Positions 20,027 to 31,357 are shown, counted from the stretch's first letter. The stretch is 64,000 nucleotides of DNA from an uncultured Chloroflexia bacterium (GCA_963819655.1 CAWFXA010000002.1:224001-288000); one strand, 5' to 3'. The notes: a model not told the origin generated them from the sequence alone. Numbers and translations are program-made.

Positions 20027-21013
20027 CGGTCGAGACGCAGTCGGTCGCGACGACCGCGCGCCGGGTCGTCGCCGATTACCTCGGGGTCCGACCGGGCGAA
20101 CGGTTCGCGATCGTCGTCGACACCCGGACCGACCAGGAGATCGCGGGCGCCCTCGCCGCCGTCGCGCGCGAGCTCGGCGCGGAGCCGATCGTCGTGGAGT
20201 TCGATCGCGCCTCGAGCGCGAGCGGCGCCGAGCCGCCGGCCTCCGCGGCCGCCGCGATGGCGCACCGCCGACGTCGTCCTGTGCGCGGCCAGCACGTCCC
20301 TCTACCACACGACGGCCAAGGCGGCCGCGCAGCGAGCCGGGGCACGCGGCGACTTCAACGCGCCGTACCGCGCCGACGCCTGGCGGAACGGCGCGATGAC
20401 CGCGGACTTCGTCGCGATCCGCGAGCAGGCGGAGCGCGCTGGCCGCGCTTGTGGCGGACGGACCCGCGAGGTCCGCGTCACGTCCCCGGCCGGCACGGAC
20501 CTGCGGGCGACGGTGGAGGGACGTGAGCCGATGGCCTGGCTGACCGGCATCTGCCGGAACCCGGGCGAGGTGTCGGCGCTGCCCGGCGGCGAGGTCTCCC
20601 TGCCGCCGATCGAGGGCACGTCCGAAGGCATCGTGGTCTGGGAGCGCGTCGCGTCGGACCTCGGTGCGCTCGAGGAGCCGGTCCGCATCGAGGTCCGCGG
20701 CGGTCGCGCCGTGGCGATCGACGGCGGAGTCGCGGCCGACCGCCTGCGCGACATCGTCGCGACCATCCGCGACGCCGACAACATCGGCGAGATCGGTATC
20801 GGGCTCAACCCGGCGGCCCGGATCGCCGACGAGATCACCGAGGCGAAGAAGGCGCTCGGCACCGTCCATATCGCCCTCGGCGATTCGGCCAACGAGTACG
20901 GCGGGCTGGTCGAGTGCGAGGTCCACCTCGATGGCCTCGTGATGGCGCCGACGATCGAGTTCGACGGGCGGCCGGTCGTCGTCGATGGCCGGCACGTGTA
21001 CGACGAGCCGTGA
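20023..21013 (+). CDS. M29-like leucyl aminopeptidase/amidohydrolase (frameshifted)
   Basis: GTDL, LPGGEV, IGEIGIGLNP, GTVHIALGD, HLD. Confidence 0.75.
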
Positions 21014-22325
21014 TCGCCTATCCGGGCCCGAAGGCCAAGGCGATCATCGAGCGGATGCGCGCCGTCGAGGGCGCCGGCCCGCGGACCGGCGACGGCGATC
21101 CGCTCGTGGTCGACCATGCGTCGGGCTCCACGCTGGTCGACCCGGACGGGAACAGTTTCGTCGACCTCGCCGGCAGCTTCGCCGCGTCGACGATCGGTCA
21201 TTCGCATCCCGACGTCGTCGCGGCGGTCGCGGCGCAGATCGGCGTCGCGAGCCACGTGTCGTCGGCGGCCGTGAGCGAGCAGCGGGTCGCTTTCGAGGAG
21301 GACCTGGTCGCCATCGCGCCGCCCGGTCTGGATCGCGTCCTCCTCGGGATCAGCGGCGCGGATGCCAACGACACGGCCCTCAAGCTCGCGCGGACGATGA
21401 CCGGCCGGCGCGAGGTCCTGGCCTTCTCGGGCGGCTATTTCGGCCGTTCGGGGGGCGTCGTCGGCGTGAACGGCAAGGCCGCGTTCCGGACGAGCGTCGG
21501 CCGGGATGCCGAGGCACATTTCCTGCCGTACCCCGACGCGTATCGCTGGCCGACTGAGCTCGGCGGTCCGGCGCTGGCGTGCGAGGGTGCGCTGGCGCTC
21601 GTGCGGACCGCGATCGAGGACCCCGCATCGGGCATCGGGCCGCTGGCCGCGATCGTCGTCGAGCCGGTCCAGGGCAACGGCGGGATCGTCGTCCCGCCGG
21701 ACGGGTTCCTGCAGGGTCTTCGTGCGCTCTGCGACACACCACGGCATCCCGCTCGTGTTCGACGAGATCCAGTCCGGGTTCGGGCGGACCGGCCGACTGT
21801 GGGCGGCGGAGCACGCCGGCGTCGTGCCGGATCTGATGACCGTCGGCAAGGGCATCGGCGGCGGGCTGGCGCTGTCCGCCGTCGTCGGGCGGTCCGAGGT
21901 CGATGCAGCACTGGTCGCCCGGCACGCACACGTCGACGTTCCTCGGGAACGCCGTCAACCTGGCGGCCGGCCGGGCCGCGATCGCGGTGATGCGCCGCGA
22001 TCGGCTGTGGGAGCGGTCGGCGCGGCTCGGCGCGTCACTCCTCGATCGATCGGTCGTCGAGATCGGCGCGCATCCGCGCGTCGGCGACGTCCGCGGCCTC
22101 GGCCTGTTCATCGGCATCGAGCTCGTGCGCGATCGCGCGTCCCGCGAACCCGACCCAGAGGCGAGCGCCGCCGTCCGTCGGCGGTCATTCGAGCGTGGAG
22201 TGGTGCTGGCAGGTGCCGGCCGCTTCGAGAACGTCGTGAAGATCAGTCCGCCACTGACGATCGACGAGGACCAGGCAGTCGCGGCGATCCAGGTGGTGAT
22301 CGACGCGATCGAGGAGCTCAGATGA
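21010..22325 (+). CDS. Class III PLP aminotransferase (GabT-like, frameshifted)
   Basis: GHSHP, EPVQGNGG, FDEIQSGFGRTG, GKGIGGG. Confidence 0.9.
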
Positions 22326-23813
22326 CCGAGACCGGGAGCCGGCGTGCGCGAGGTCCTCAACTACATCGACGGCGGCTGGGTGCCCAGCAGCGGCACGCCG
22401 TTCGAGAGCCGCGACCCGGCGACCGGCGAGCTCGTGGCGACGGCGACCGCATCCACCATCGACGACGTGTCCGCCGCGATCGACGCCGCCCGGCGCACCT
22501 TCGACGACGACCGGCTGGTCGACGACGGCCGGCAAGGAACGCTCGGCGATCCTCTACGAGCTCGCCCGCCTGCTGCGCGAGGAGGTCGCCACGGCTCGCC
22601 GAGCTCGTCGCGACGCGAGATGGGCAAGCCGATCCGCTACGTCCGCGAGCGCGAGATCGAGCCTGCCATCGACCGGATCCTGTTCTACGCCGGCGCCGCC
22701 CGACTCATCCGCGGCGAGGTCACGAGCAGTGCCCCGGGCCACCTCCTCAACTTCATCCTGAAGGAGCCGGTCGGCGTCTGCGGGCTCATCACGCCGTGGA
22801 ACGACCCGGTCGACCTGCCGCTGCGCAAGATCGGCGCGGCCATCGCGACGGGCTGCACGTTCGTGCTCAAGCCGGCCAGTGACGCGCCGGCGTCGTCGAT
22901 GGCGATCTTCGAGCTCCTCGACAGGATCGAGGGCCTGCCGCCGGGGGTGGCGAACGGCGTCGTCGGCCAGGGCGAGGTGATCGGCGAGGCCCTCGCAGCC
23001 GATCCGCGGGTCGACAAGATCAGCTTCACCGGCAGCAGCGAGGTCGGGCGACGGCTGATGGAGCTCGGCGCCCGGAACTTCAAGCGCGTCGCCATCGAGG
23101 GCGGCGGCAAGGCGCCGGTCATCGTCTTCCCGGATGCCAACCTCGAGAAGGCGATGGACGCCGTGGCGGTCGGGATCTTCCTGTACGCCGGCCAGTCGTG
23201 CACGGCGGGATCGCGGCTGCTGCTCCACCGCTCGATCCACGACTCGTTCCTCGACGGCCTGATCGCCCGGGCGAAGGCGCTTCGCGTCGGCTCGCCGCTC
23301 GACGAGGGGACCCAGCTCGGGCCGATGGTGTCGGAGCGCCAGCTCGAGCGCGTGCTCGGCTACGTCGAGCGCGGTCGGTCCGAGCAGGCCCGGCTGATCC
23401 TCGGCGGTGAGCGACTCGGCGGCGAATGGTCGAACGGCTTCTACATGGCCCCGACGATCTTCGATGATGTCCGTGCGGACATGTCGATCGCGCGCGAGGA
23501 GATCTTCGGGCCGGTCCTGTCGGTGCTGACCTTCGACGATGAGGCCGAGGCGCTCGCCGTCGCCAATGACAACCCGCTCGGCCTCGGCAGTGGGGTCTGG
23601 ACGACCGACCTCGACCGCGCGATCCGTCTCGCGCGGCGGCTGCGGGTCGGCGACGTCTGGGTGAACACCCACTACGTCCGTCTGGCGGAGAGCCCGTTCG
23701 GCGGCGTCAAGGGCAGCGGCATCGGTCGCGAGCTCGGCATGGAGGGCCTCGACGAGTACCTCGAATCCAAGCGCGTCTGCATCGACAGCAGCCCGACCTT
23801 CCACATCCGCTGA
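22322..23813 (+). CDS. Aldehyde dehydrogenase (indels near the 5' end)
   Basis: TPWN, FTGS, EGGGK, GQSCTAG, EEIFGPV. Confidence 0.92.
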
Positions 23814-23814
23814 C

Positions 23815-25297
23815 ATGGCGGCGCGTCGCCTGCCTTTCCGTGCGGACCCGGCGCCGAACCCCCCACGGCGCCGGGTCCGCGTCACGTTCGACGGCAAGGC
23901 GTTCGAGGGATTCGACGGGGAGCCGCTCGCGGTCGCGCTGCTGGCCGCCGACCGACCGATCCTGTCGCGCAGCTTCCGCTTCCACCGACCGCGCGGGCTG
24001 ATGTGCAGCACCGGCCAGTGCGGCTGGTGCGAATGCGAGGTCGATGGCCGGCCGAGCGTGCGGTCGTGCCAGGTCCCCGTCCGTGACGGACTGGTGGCGC
24101 GCGGCGAGCACGCCTGGCCGTCCGTGGGGCGCGACCTGTTCGCGTGGCTGGACGTCGGCTCGCGCTGGGTGCCGCCGACCTTCTATCACCATCGATTCCT
24201 GCGACCGCGGGCGCTCCGCAAGCGGTACCTCGACGTGATCCGCGGGTTCGGCGGTCGGGGTCGGCTGGGGAACGGTCGCGCCAGCGAGGGGCGCACGCGG
24301 GTCGCTCGAGAGCTGGACGTGGACGTGCTCGTGGTCGGTGGCGGGCGGGCAGGCGTGGCCGCGGCCGAGGAGGCGGCAGGCGGCGGGGAGCACGTTGCGA
24401 TCGTCGAGGCCGTCGCGGGCCGGGCGCGACCCGCCCATCCGGACGTCCGCGTCCTCGACGGCGCGGCCGCCGTCGGCTGGTACGACGGCGTCGTGACGGC
24501 GATCGACGACGACACGCTCTGGTCGATCAGTGCGGGATCGGTCATCGCAGCGACCGGGTCATATGAGCGGGTGCCGTCCGTGCGCGGCGCTGATCGACCC
24601 GGTGTGATCGGCGCGCGGCTGGCGCTCGGGCTCATCGAGGAGCATCGGGTGCTGCCCGGCGAGCGGCCGGTACTCATCGGCGAGGCTAGAGATCTCGAGA
24701 AGGTCGGTGCCGCATTCGCCGCCGAAGGCTTTCGAGCCCTCGGGCCTTTCCCGACTGCCGCCCTTCGTCGGGTGCTCGGCCGGCGACGGGTGTCGGGCGC
24801 GATCATCGATCGGGACGGGCGGGATCGGCGTGCACGCCGCCGATGTCGTGGTGTTCGGCGATCGAACGCCCAACCTCGACCTCGTGCTGGCGGCCGGCGC
24901 CGCGGTCGAGCTGCGCGACGGCGTCCTGGCGCCGGTCCTCGACGAGGCCGGGCGGACGACCGTGCCGGGGCTGTCGGTGGTGGGCTCCGCTGCGGGGCGC
25001 ATCGCGCGCTCGACGCCCCCCGCTGTCGCAGCGCCGGCCGGTCGGACTCTGGTCTGCTTCTGCGAGGACGTCCACGCCGACGAGATCCATGAGCAGATCA
25101 CGACCGGCTACGGCGACTCGGAGCTGGTGAAGCGCCGGACCGGCGCGCTGACGGGTCCGTGCCAGGGCAAGTACTGCCTGCAGTCGTTCTGTAGCGCGAT
25201 GGCCGCCGGCGGCGCACCGCGGACTGGCCTCCCGACCGCACGTCCGCCGCTGCGGCCGACCCGGCTCGGCGACCTGGTCCCGAGCGACGACGCATGA
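23815..25297 (+). CDS. Sarcosine-oxidase/proline-dehydrogenase alpha-like subunit ([2Fe-2S], FAD, BFD-like; frameshift near 24830)
   Basis: SRSFRFHRPRG.MCSTGQC..C, GGGRAG, CFCEDV, TGPCQGKYC, RPP. Confidence 0.85.
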
Positions 25298-26478
25298 CCC
25301 TCCCTCATACGGCCGACGTCGTCATCGTCGGGGCGGGTATCGGCGGTCTCGGGTTCGCTCGCGAGCTGGCCGCCCGCGGCGTCAAGGACGTCGTCGTCCT
25401 CGAGCGCGACTACCCGGGCGCGGGCGCGACCGGTCGGAACGTCGCGCGGATCCGGCGGATGCAGCTGACCGAAGAGCTGTGCCGCGTCGCGATCGCCTGC
25501 CAGGACAAGTACGAGCGGATGGGCGGGGAGCTGCGCTCGAACGTCCTGTTCTACCGGCTCGGCTACGCATGGATCCTGTACGACCCCGGCGAGGTCGCCC
25601 GGATGCAGGACGTGGTGGCGATGCATGCCCGGCTCGGGATCCGGAGCGCCCTCCTGTCCCCGCAGGACACGCTCCATCACCTGCCCGTCTTCGAGGGTGG
25701 CGAACCGGTCGCAGGCTCGGTGCTCAGCGACGATGCGATCGTCCATCACGACGCGGTCGTCTGGGCACACCTCGACCACCTCGCCCGGCGTGGCGTGACC
25801 ATCCACCCACGCACCCGGGTCACCGGCATCGAGCAGAGCGACGGCCGTGTCACGGCGGTCGTCACCGACCAGGGCCGCATCGAGACACCGGTCGTGCTGA
25901 ACGCGGCCGGTGGCTGGTCGGGTGAGCTGAATGCCATGGCCGGCGTCCGGATGCCCAACCGGCCGCACCGACGCGAGGTCCTCGTGACGGCGCCGCTCCG
26001 GCGGTCGATCGAGGCGGCCGTGACCTTCTATCGACCCAGCGAGGGTTGGTTCAATCAGACGCTCCGCGGCGAGATCGTGATGGGCGCGGTCGATCCCGAC
26101 GAGCCCGGCGGCGTGAACCAGCGCTCGTCCTGGGCGTTCCTGCAGCGGACCGCGGCGCTGATGACGCGCAAGGCGCCGGCCCTGCGCGACGTGACCGTCA
26201 TCCGCCAGTGGGCGGGGATGTACGACATCACGCCGGACCACCTGCCGATCGTCGGCCCGACGGCCCAGCTCGACGGCTGGTGGCAGGCGCTCGGCTGGAG
26301 CGGGCGCGGGATGCTGCTCGCGCCGTACCTGACCGAGTTGCTCGCGGAGCACCTCGTCACGGGCGAGGCTCCCGCGATGCTCCGCCAGTTCCTGCCCGAC
26401 CGCTTCCCGCCGACCGGCGAGGAAACGCAGCTCGAGACCGACTATTACTCGCGCTACACCTCGGGTCGGCCTTCCTAA
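25294..26478 (+). CDS. Sarcosine-oxidase/proline-dehydrogenase beta-like FAD subunit
   Basis: GAGIGG, GATGRN, RQWAGMYDITPDHLP. Confidence 0.88.
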   Translation: MTLPHTADVVIVGAGIGGLGFARELAARGVKDVVVLERDYPGAGATGRNVARIRRMQLTEELCRVAIACQDKYERMGGELRSNVLFYRLGYAWILYDPGEVARMQDVVAMHARLGIRSALLSPQDTLHHLPVFEGGEPVAGSVLSDDAIVHHDAVVWAHLDHLARRGVTIHPRTRVTGIEQSDGRVTAVVTDQGRIETPVVLNAAGGWSGELNAMAGVRMPNRPHRREVLVTAPLRRSIEAAVTFYRPSEGWFNQTLRGEIVMGAVDPDEPGGVNQRSSWAFLQRTAALMTRKAPALRDVTVIRQWAGMYDITPDHLPIVGPTAQLDGWWQALGWSGRGMLLAPYLTELLAEHLVTGEAPAMLRQFLPDRFPPTGEETQLETDYYSRYTSGRPS

Positions 26479-27662
26479 GCCGGTCCGACGGTCGGCGCGG
26501 GCAGCTCTTCTCCGCCGTCCACGCCATCTGACCCGTCACCGCGCGAGGACACGATCATCCTCCGGATCCGCTGTGCGCTGAAGCCCACTGCGAGCAGGAT
26601 CAGGCCTTCCACGAACAGCCCGACTTCTGGCCCATCCGCGAGGTAGGAGACGTTGAAATCGGTCAGGGCGATGATCACGCCGAGGGCCGCCGGGTAGACG
26701 AAAGCGCTGTCGTCGCGGCGGAACGCCCGTTCGATGAGGATCGCCGCAAGGACGAGGATCGCCAGCTCCCCGATCCACGGCTCGATGACCCGGCCGTAGC
26801 CCCCGTCCGGGAGGACATCGGTGCGCGTGACCGCGCTCGCGAGGCCGCCGACAGCGACCAGGCCGGCCCACAGCCGGGTCAGTCCGGCTCGACGCGACGC
26901 GCTCGGATCGCGACCGACCTGTCGGGCCTCGCGCAGTCCGATGAGGCCGATGATGAGCGCAGTCGCCAACCACCAGACCGCGGATCCGAGGACGAGGAGG
27001 ATCGGATCGGGACCTGTCTCGGTCACGGAACCGCCCGAGTCGATGACCTGAGGCGGGATGAGCGTCTGCTCGAGCCAGGCGAGGATCGCCCCGGCGAGAC
27101 CGGTGATCGAACCGAGCACCGCGGTCTGTGTCAGGAGGCCCGGGTGGAGACGCCTGCTCAGGCCGGCTACCGCGAGCGCGGTGCCGGCCGCGACGATCCC
27201 ACTGACGGGCCATTGGAGGCCAGCCACCTCGGCCGCGAAACCGCCGGCCACGCCGGCGTGGGTCGCGGCGAGCAGGAACGCCACACCCGCAGCGCGATTT
27301 CGGCGCTGGTCGACGCCGCGCAGGCGATAGCCGATCGCGAACAGGATCACTGCCTGGATTGCCGCACCCGCTGCGAATGTGGTCTCGGAGTCCGGTCGAG
27401 TACCGGCGACCCGGACGATGAATGCGTCCGTCGCCGCGAGCAGGAAGATGGCCCCCAGGTAGCTGAACAGCTCCCCGATCGTGATTCCGGGGCCGAAGAT
27501 CGCCCCGACCGCCGACGGGCGGTGCGAGACCTCCGGCGAAGGCCGGGGCGCCTCCGTCGCGTCGGGCGCCGTCACTTGCCAGGCGCGGATCCGCTCGGCG
27601 GTGGCCGCATCGATCAGACCCGCCGCTTCCCAGGTCGCCAGGTGTGCCTGCGTGTCGCTCAT
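26475..27662 (-). CDS. DUF2157-like multi-pass membrane protein
   Basis: W..AGLIDAATAERIRA N-terminus plus about 10 TM segments. Confidence 0.7.
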   Translation of the reverse strand: MSDTQAHLATWEAAGLIDAATAERIRAWQVTAPDATEAPRPSPEVSHRPSAVGAIFGPGITIGELFSYLGAIFLLAATDAFIVRVAGTRPDSETTFAAGAAIQAVILFAIGYRLRGVDQRRNRAAGVAFLLAATHAGVAGGFAAEVAGLQWPVSGIVAAGTALAVAGLSRRLHPGLLTQTAVLGSITGLAGAILAWLEQTLIPPQVIDSGGSVTETGPDPILLVLGSAVWWLATALIIGLIGLREARQVGRDPSASRRAGLTRLWAGLVAVGGLASAVTRTDVLPDGGYGRVIEPWIGELAILVLAAILIERAFRRDDSAFVYPAALGVIIALTDFNVSYLADGPEVGLFVEGLILLAVGFSAQRIRRMIVSSRGDGSDGVDGGEELPAPTVGPA

Positions 27663-27711
27663 GGTCGAACCCTCCGCTTCACGCCTGGAAGACGCTCAAG
27701 CCACGCGAGTG

Positions 27712-27966
27712 TCACATGGAGGTGTCGCGCGGCTCGGGCTCCACATCCTCCGGGTCGACCTCTCCCCCAGCGTCCCCGGCATCGACGACGACGTCGCCCG
27801 GGAACACGACCTCGAGGCCCGGCGCCTGACCGGACACGCCGCGCACCGGCTTCGACTTCACGACGAGCTCCTCGGCAGGAGGAAGCGTCCGGAAGATCTG
27901 CTGATCGAAGCCGACGATGATCGAGCCGATCGTCTGGCCCATCGGCCGCCGGCGCTTCTTGCTCAT
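27712..27966 (-). CDS. Small hypothetical protein
   Basis: ATGA overlap with the MFS gene; acidic tail. Confidence 0.55.
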   Translation of the reverse strand: MSKKRRRPMGQTIGSIIVGFDQQIFRTLPPAEELVVKSKPVRGVSGQAPGLEVVFPGDVVVDAGDAGGEVDPEDVEPEPRDTSM

Positions 27967-29213
27967 GCCGGGGCCGAGACCACGACCGGGACGTCCGCGT
28001 CCGGGCCTTTACGACGGATCGCGAGCGCCGCGAACCCGGCCACGATGGCGATCCAGCCGGCGGCCACGAAGGCCACTGCGTAGTCCCCGACGCTCTCGCG
28101 GACGATACCGGCCGCCCAGGCGGCGATCGCCGCGCCGACCATGTGCGACGCGAACACCCAGCCATAGACGATGCCGACGTTGTGCGACCCGAACCGGTCC
28201 GCGACGAGGGCGACGGTCGGCGGCACGGTCGCGATGTAGTCGAGCCCGAACAGGATCGCGAACGCCGCGATCGACATGGTGTCGTGCACGAACGGCAGGA
28301 ACAGCAGGCTGACGCCGCGGAATGCGTAGTAGACGAGGAGGAGCTTGCGGGGGTCGAGCCGGTCGGTGAGCCAGCCGCTGGCGATCGTGCCGATGAAATT
28401 GAAGACGCCCATCACCGCCAGCGCGCCAGACGCGGCGACCGCCGTGAACCCGTGGTCGACCGCGTGCGGGATGAAATGCTGGCCGACAAGGCCATTCGAC
28501 GTGGCGCCACAGATGAAGAACGTGCCGGCGAGAAACCAGAAGTCCGACGTGCGGATGGCCCGCCGCATGACGCCGGGGTCTGGCGGCCGGGCAGGGGTGA
28601 GCGCGCCCTCCGGGGCCCCGCGCGGCCGGGCGCCGACCTCGGCGGGATCGTTGCGCAGCCAGATGAGCACCGGGATGACGAGCAGCAGGGTGATCACCCC
28701 CAGCACCACAGCGCCGACTCGCCAGCCGACCGTGACCGCCAGAGCGGTGAGGAGCGGGAAGAACACCAGCTGGCCCGCACTGCTGCTCGCACCGAAGACG
28801 CCGACCACCAGGCCGCGATCCTTGACGAACCAGCGGGTCGCCACAGTCGGGCCCAGGACGCTGGCCACGAGGCCGGTCCCCAGACCCGAGACAAGGCCGA
28901 ACAGCAGCGTCAGCTGCCAGATCTCGCGGACGAGACTCGTCGCGAGGAGCGCGGTGCCCGTCACCGCCAGGCTTAGCAGCACGACGTTCTTGACGCCGAT
29001 GCGACCCATCAGCGAGCCGCTCAGCGGCCCGGCGAAGCCGAACACGACCAGTCCGGCGGCGGCTGCGAATGACACCGACGCGGTCGACCAGCCAGGCTCG
29101 CCGATCATCGTCAACAGGAACGCGCCGGGCGCCGATCGAACGCCCGCCGTGATCAGCACGACGATCGCCGTGACGGCAACGACGACCCAGCCGTAGAAGA
29201 ACGCGCGGCGCAT
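27963..29213 (-). CDS. MFS transporter
   Basis: About 12 TM; G.LMGRIG.K and GWLTDRLDPR motifs. Confidence 0.92.
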   Translation of the reverse strand: MRRAFFYGWVVVAVTAIVVLITAGVRSAPGAFLLTMIGEPGWSTASVSFAAAAGLVVFGFAGPLSGSLMGRIGVKNVVLLSLAVTGTALLATSLVREIWQLTLLFGLVSGLGTGLVASVLGPTVATRWFVKDRGLVVGVFGASSSAGQLVFFPLLTALAVTVGWRVGAVVLGVITLLLVIPVLIWLRNDPAEVGARPRGAPEGALTPARPPDPGVMRRAIRTSDFWFLAGTFFICGATSNGLVGQHFIPHAVDHGFTAVAASGALAVMGVFNFIGTIASGWLTDRLDPRKLLLVYYAFRGVSLLFLPFVHDTMSIAAFAILFGLDYIATVPPTVALVADRFGSHNVGIVYGWVFASHMVGAAIAAWAAGIVRESVGDYAVAFVAAGWIAIVAGFAALAIRRKGPDADVPVVVSAPA

Positions 29214-29248
29214 CGACGGATGCTACCGCGGTGGATCCTGTCCTCGGC

Positions 29249-29401
29249 TCAGATCGCGTCCAGTCGCTTGATGGCCGCACCGCCCGCCTGCAGGTCGTCG
29301 GCCATCGCCAGGGCGAGTGTCTCGACGAGCCTCGCCGTCCAGGCCAGGAGGAGATCGGCCGGAACGGCGAGGCCGTCGACGGGGTCAGCGTAGACGGGCA
29401 C
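29249..29401 (-). pseudogene. 50-aa ORF, probable gene remnant
   Basis: VPVYADPVDGLAVPADLLLAWTARLV...; starts 10 nt after the SDR stop; high GC3. Confidence 0.4.
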
Positions 29402-29410
29402 GATTGAGGG

Positions 29411-30442
29411 TCAGGTACCAGCGGCTGCCGGCGTTGGGATGACTCCGTGCTCGGTGCCGACGAGTCGACCCTGATCGGCGAGCCGTCGGTAGATCGCAGC
29501 CGTCGCCGCGATCGCCTGGCGATACGGCGTGACCGGCACGTCACCGAGCTCGGCCAGTCGATGGTGGGCGATGTCGGCTGGGAATGGCAGCTCGGTCGGG
29601 GCGAAGCTGATGAGCCCAGCCGCCTCAGGCACCGCGTTCTCGATCGCCCGGACCCAGTCGTCCAGGTGCACGGCGTCGCCGCCGAGGTTGTACACCGACG
29701 CCCCCGATGGGGCGCCCCGGCTGGCGAGGATCAGCGTGCGCGCCACGTCCTCGGCGTACTGGAACAGGGTCCGTCCGCCGAAGGCGATCCGGAAGGGGAC
29801 CCCGAGCACTGCAGCAGCGATGGCAGCCGTGGGGCTACTCGTCATCCCCTGGTCGCGACCCGCGCCGTAGACCGTCATCGGTCGGATCCCGACGCTGGGC
29901 ACCTCCGAATCGGTCCAGTAGACCTTGGCCGTGCCCTCGTTGGCCCGCTTGTAGACGCCGTAGTGGTTGCCCGGGTGGGCGTCCGCGTCCTCCTCGAGAC
30001 GACCGGTGACCGGGTCGACATCCGACGGCGAGTACATGCCGATCGATCCGGTATAGACGACCGGGGCCATGCTCGGGCCGCGGCGCCGGACCGCCTCGAA
30101 CACATTGACGGTGCCGGTCACGTTGACCTGCGCCCCGAGCGGGGGGTCGGCCCGGCAGAACGGGACCTGCAGAGCGGCAAGATGGATCACGTTCGTGATG
30201 TCGTGGTCTGCCATGGCGCGTTCCAATGCCTGGAGATCCGTGATGTCGCCTCTGACGAACTGCACGCGGGCGAGCTCGTCAGGCTCGATCACAAGCGCGA
30301 GGCGCCGAGGGTCGCTCCCAAGATCGAACGCGACGACCGGAGTCCCCTCGCGAAGGAGGGCTCTGACCGTCCACGCGCCGATACACCCGAGCGCGCCGGT
30401 GACGAAGAACCGCTCCCCGCGGGCGTCAGGCACTGCGCTCAT
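29411..30442 (-). CDS. NAD-dependent epimerase/dehydratase (extended SDR)
   Basis: TGALGCIG, HLAA, YGVYK. Confidence 0.88.
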   Translation of the reverse strand: MSAVPDARGERFFVTGALGCIGAWTVRALLREGTPVVAFDLGSDPRRLALVIEPDELARVQFVRGDITDLQALERAMADHDITNVIHLAALQVPFCRADPPLGAQVNVTGTVNVFEAVRRRGPSMAPVVYTGSIGMYSPSDVDPVTGRLEEDADAHPGNHYGVYKRANEGTAKVYWTDSEVPSVGIRPMTVYGAGRDQGMTSSPTAAIAAAVLGVPFRIAFGGRTLFQYAEDVARTLILASRGAPSGASVYNLGGDAVHLDDWVRAIENAVPEAAGLISFAPTELPFPADIAHHRLAELGDVPVTPYRQAIAATAAIYRRLADQGRLVGTEHGVIPTPAAAGT

Positions 30443-31326
30443 GCTGCGGTCACGACGGTCGCCTCGACCCGGCACACGTTTTCGAGGACGCCGATCCGCT
30501 CGATCTCGACCCGGACGTGATCGCCGTTCGCAAGGAACCGCGGCGGCGTCCGGAACGCGCCGACACCTGCAGGCGTCCCGCTCGCGATCACGTCCCCGGG
30601 CTCGAGCGTGAACGCCATCGAGCAGTAGCTCACTATCTCGGCGACTGTGAAGTACATCTGCGACGTCCGCGCCTCCTGGAGGATCTCGTCCCCGACCGCG
30701 CAGCAGATGGCCAGATCCTGGGGGTCGCCGATCTCGTCGGATGTGACGAGGACGGGACCCATCGGGCAGAACGTGTCGAGCGACTTGCCGCGCGTCCATT
30801 GCCCATCGCCGAATTGGAGGTCACGGGCCGAGACGTCATTGAGACAGGTGTAGCCGAGCACGTGGTCGAGGGCACCCTCGACCGGGACGCGCCGTGCGCG
30901 TCGACCGATGACGACCGCAAGCTCCGCTTCGTAATCGACCTGTCCCGTCAGGTCCGCGTCCCAGCAGATGTCCGCTCCGTGCCCGACCACGGAGCTCGGC
31001 CACTTCGAGAAGATCAGCGGTGCCGTCGGCGGCTCGACGCCCTCCTCTTCGGCGTGGGCCCGGTAGTTCCGGCCGATGGCGACGATCTTGCCCGGGCGTG
31101 GCACAGGAGCCAGGAGGTCGGCCTGGGCGAGCGGCTGTCCGACATCGCCGACACGAGCTGACGGGACCGCCGCGCGCAAGGCGTCCAGCCCGTCCGACCC
31201 CTCGTCCAGCAGGGCGGCCACCGTGGCGGGACCCCCGGGCAGGACAGTCGATGCTGGGAGCCAGCGGTCACCCTCGACGATCCCGAGGGTCTCGACGGCC
31301 GCGGACCGGCAGGAAATCAGTCGCAC
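30439..31326 (-). CDS. Fumarylacetoacetate-hydrolase family (likely 2,4-diketo-3-deoxy-L-fuconate hydrolase)
   Basis: GRNY..H, DYEAEL, NDVSARD, GKSLDTFCP, GTPAG; locus context. Confidence 0.88.
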   Translation of the reverse strand: MRLISCRSAAVETLGIVEGDRWLPASTVLPGGPATVAALLDEGSDGLDALRAAVPSARVGDVGQPLAQADLLAPVPRPGKIVAIGRNYRAHAEEEGVEPPTAPLIFSKWPSSVVGHGADICWDADLTGQVDYEAELAVVIGRRARRVPVEGALDHVLGYTCLNDVSARDLQFGDGQWTRGKSLDTFCPMGPVLVTSDEIGDPQDLAICCAVGDEILQEARTSQMYFTVAEIVSYCSMAFTLEPGDVIASGTPAGVGAFRTPPRFLANGDHVRVEIERIGVLENVCRVEATVVTAA

Positions 31327-31341
31327 GATCGCTCCAGGGTT

Positions 31342-31357
31342 GTTCAGCATTCTGTCC
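31342..31357. promoter_or_regulatory. Putative IclR operator in the FAH/AKR divergent promoter
   Basis: GTTCAGCATTCTGTCC resembles the palindromes at 33453, 33529, 40091 and 40167. Confidence 0.55.

Noticed and set aside
16055-25297. Programmed frameshifting or phase variation
   Set aside because: Indels are not at slippery heptamers or homopolymer tracts and are scattered irregularly
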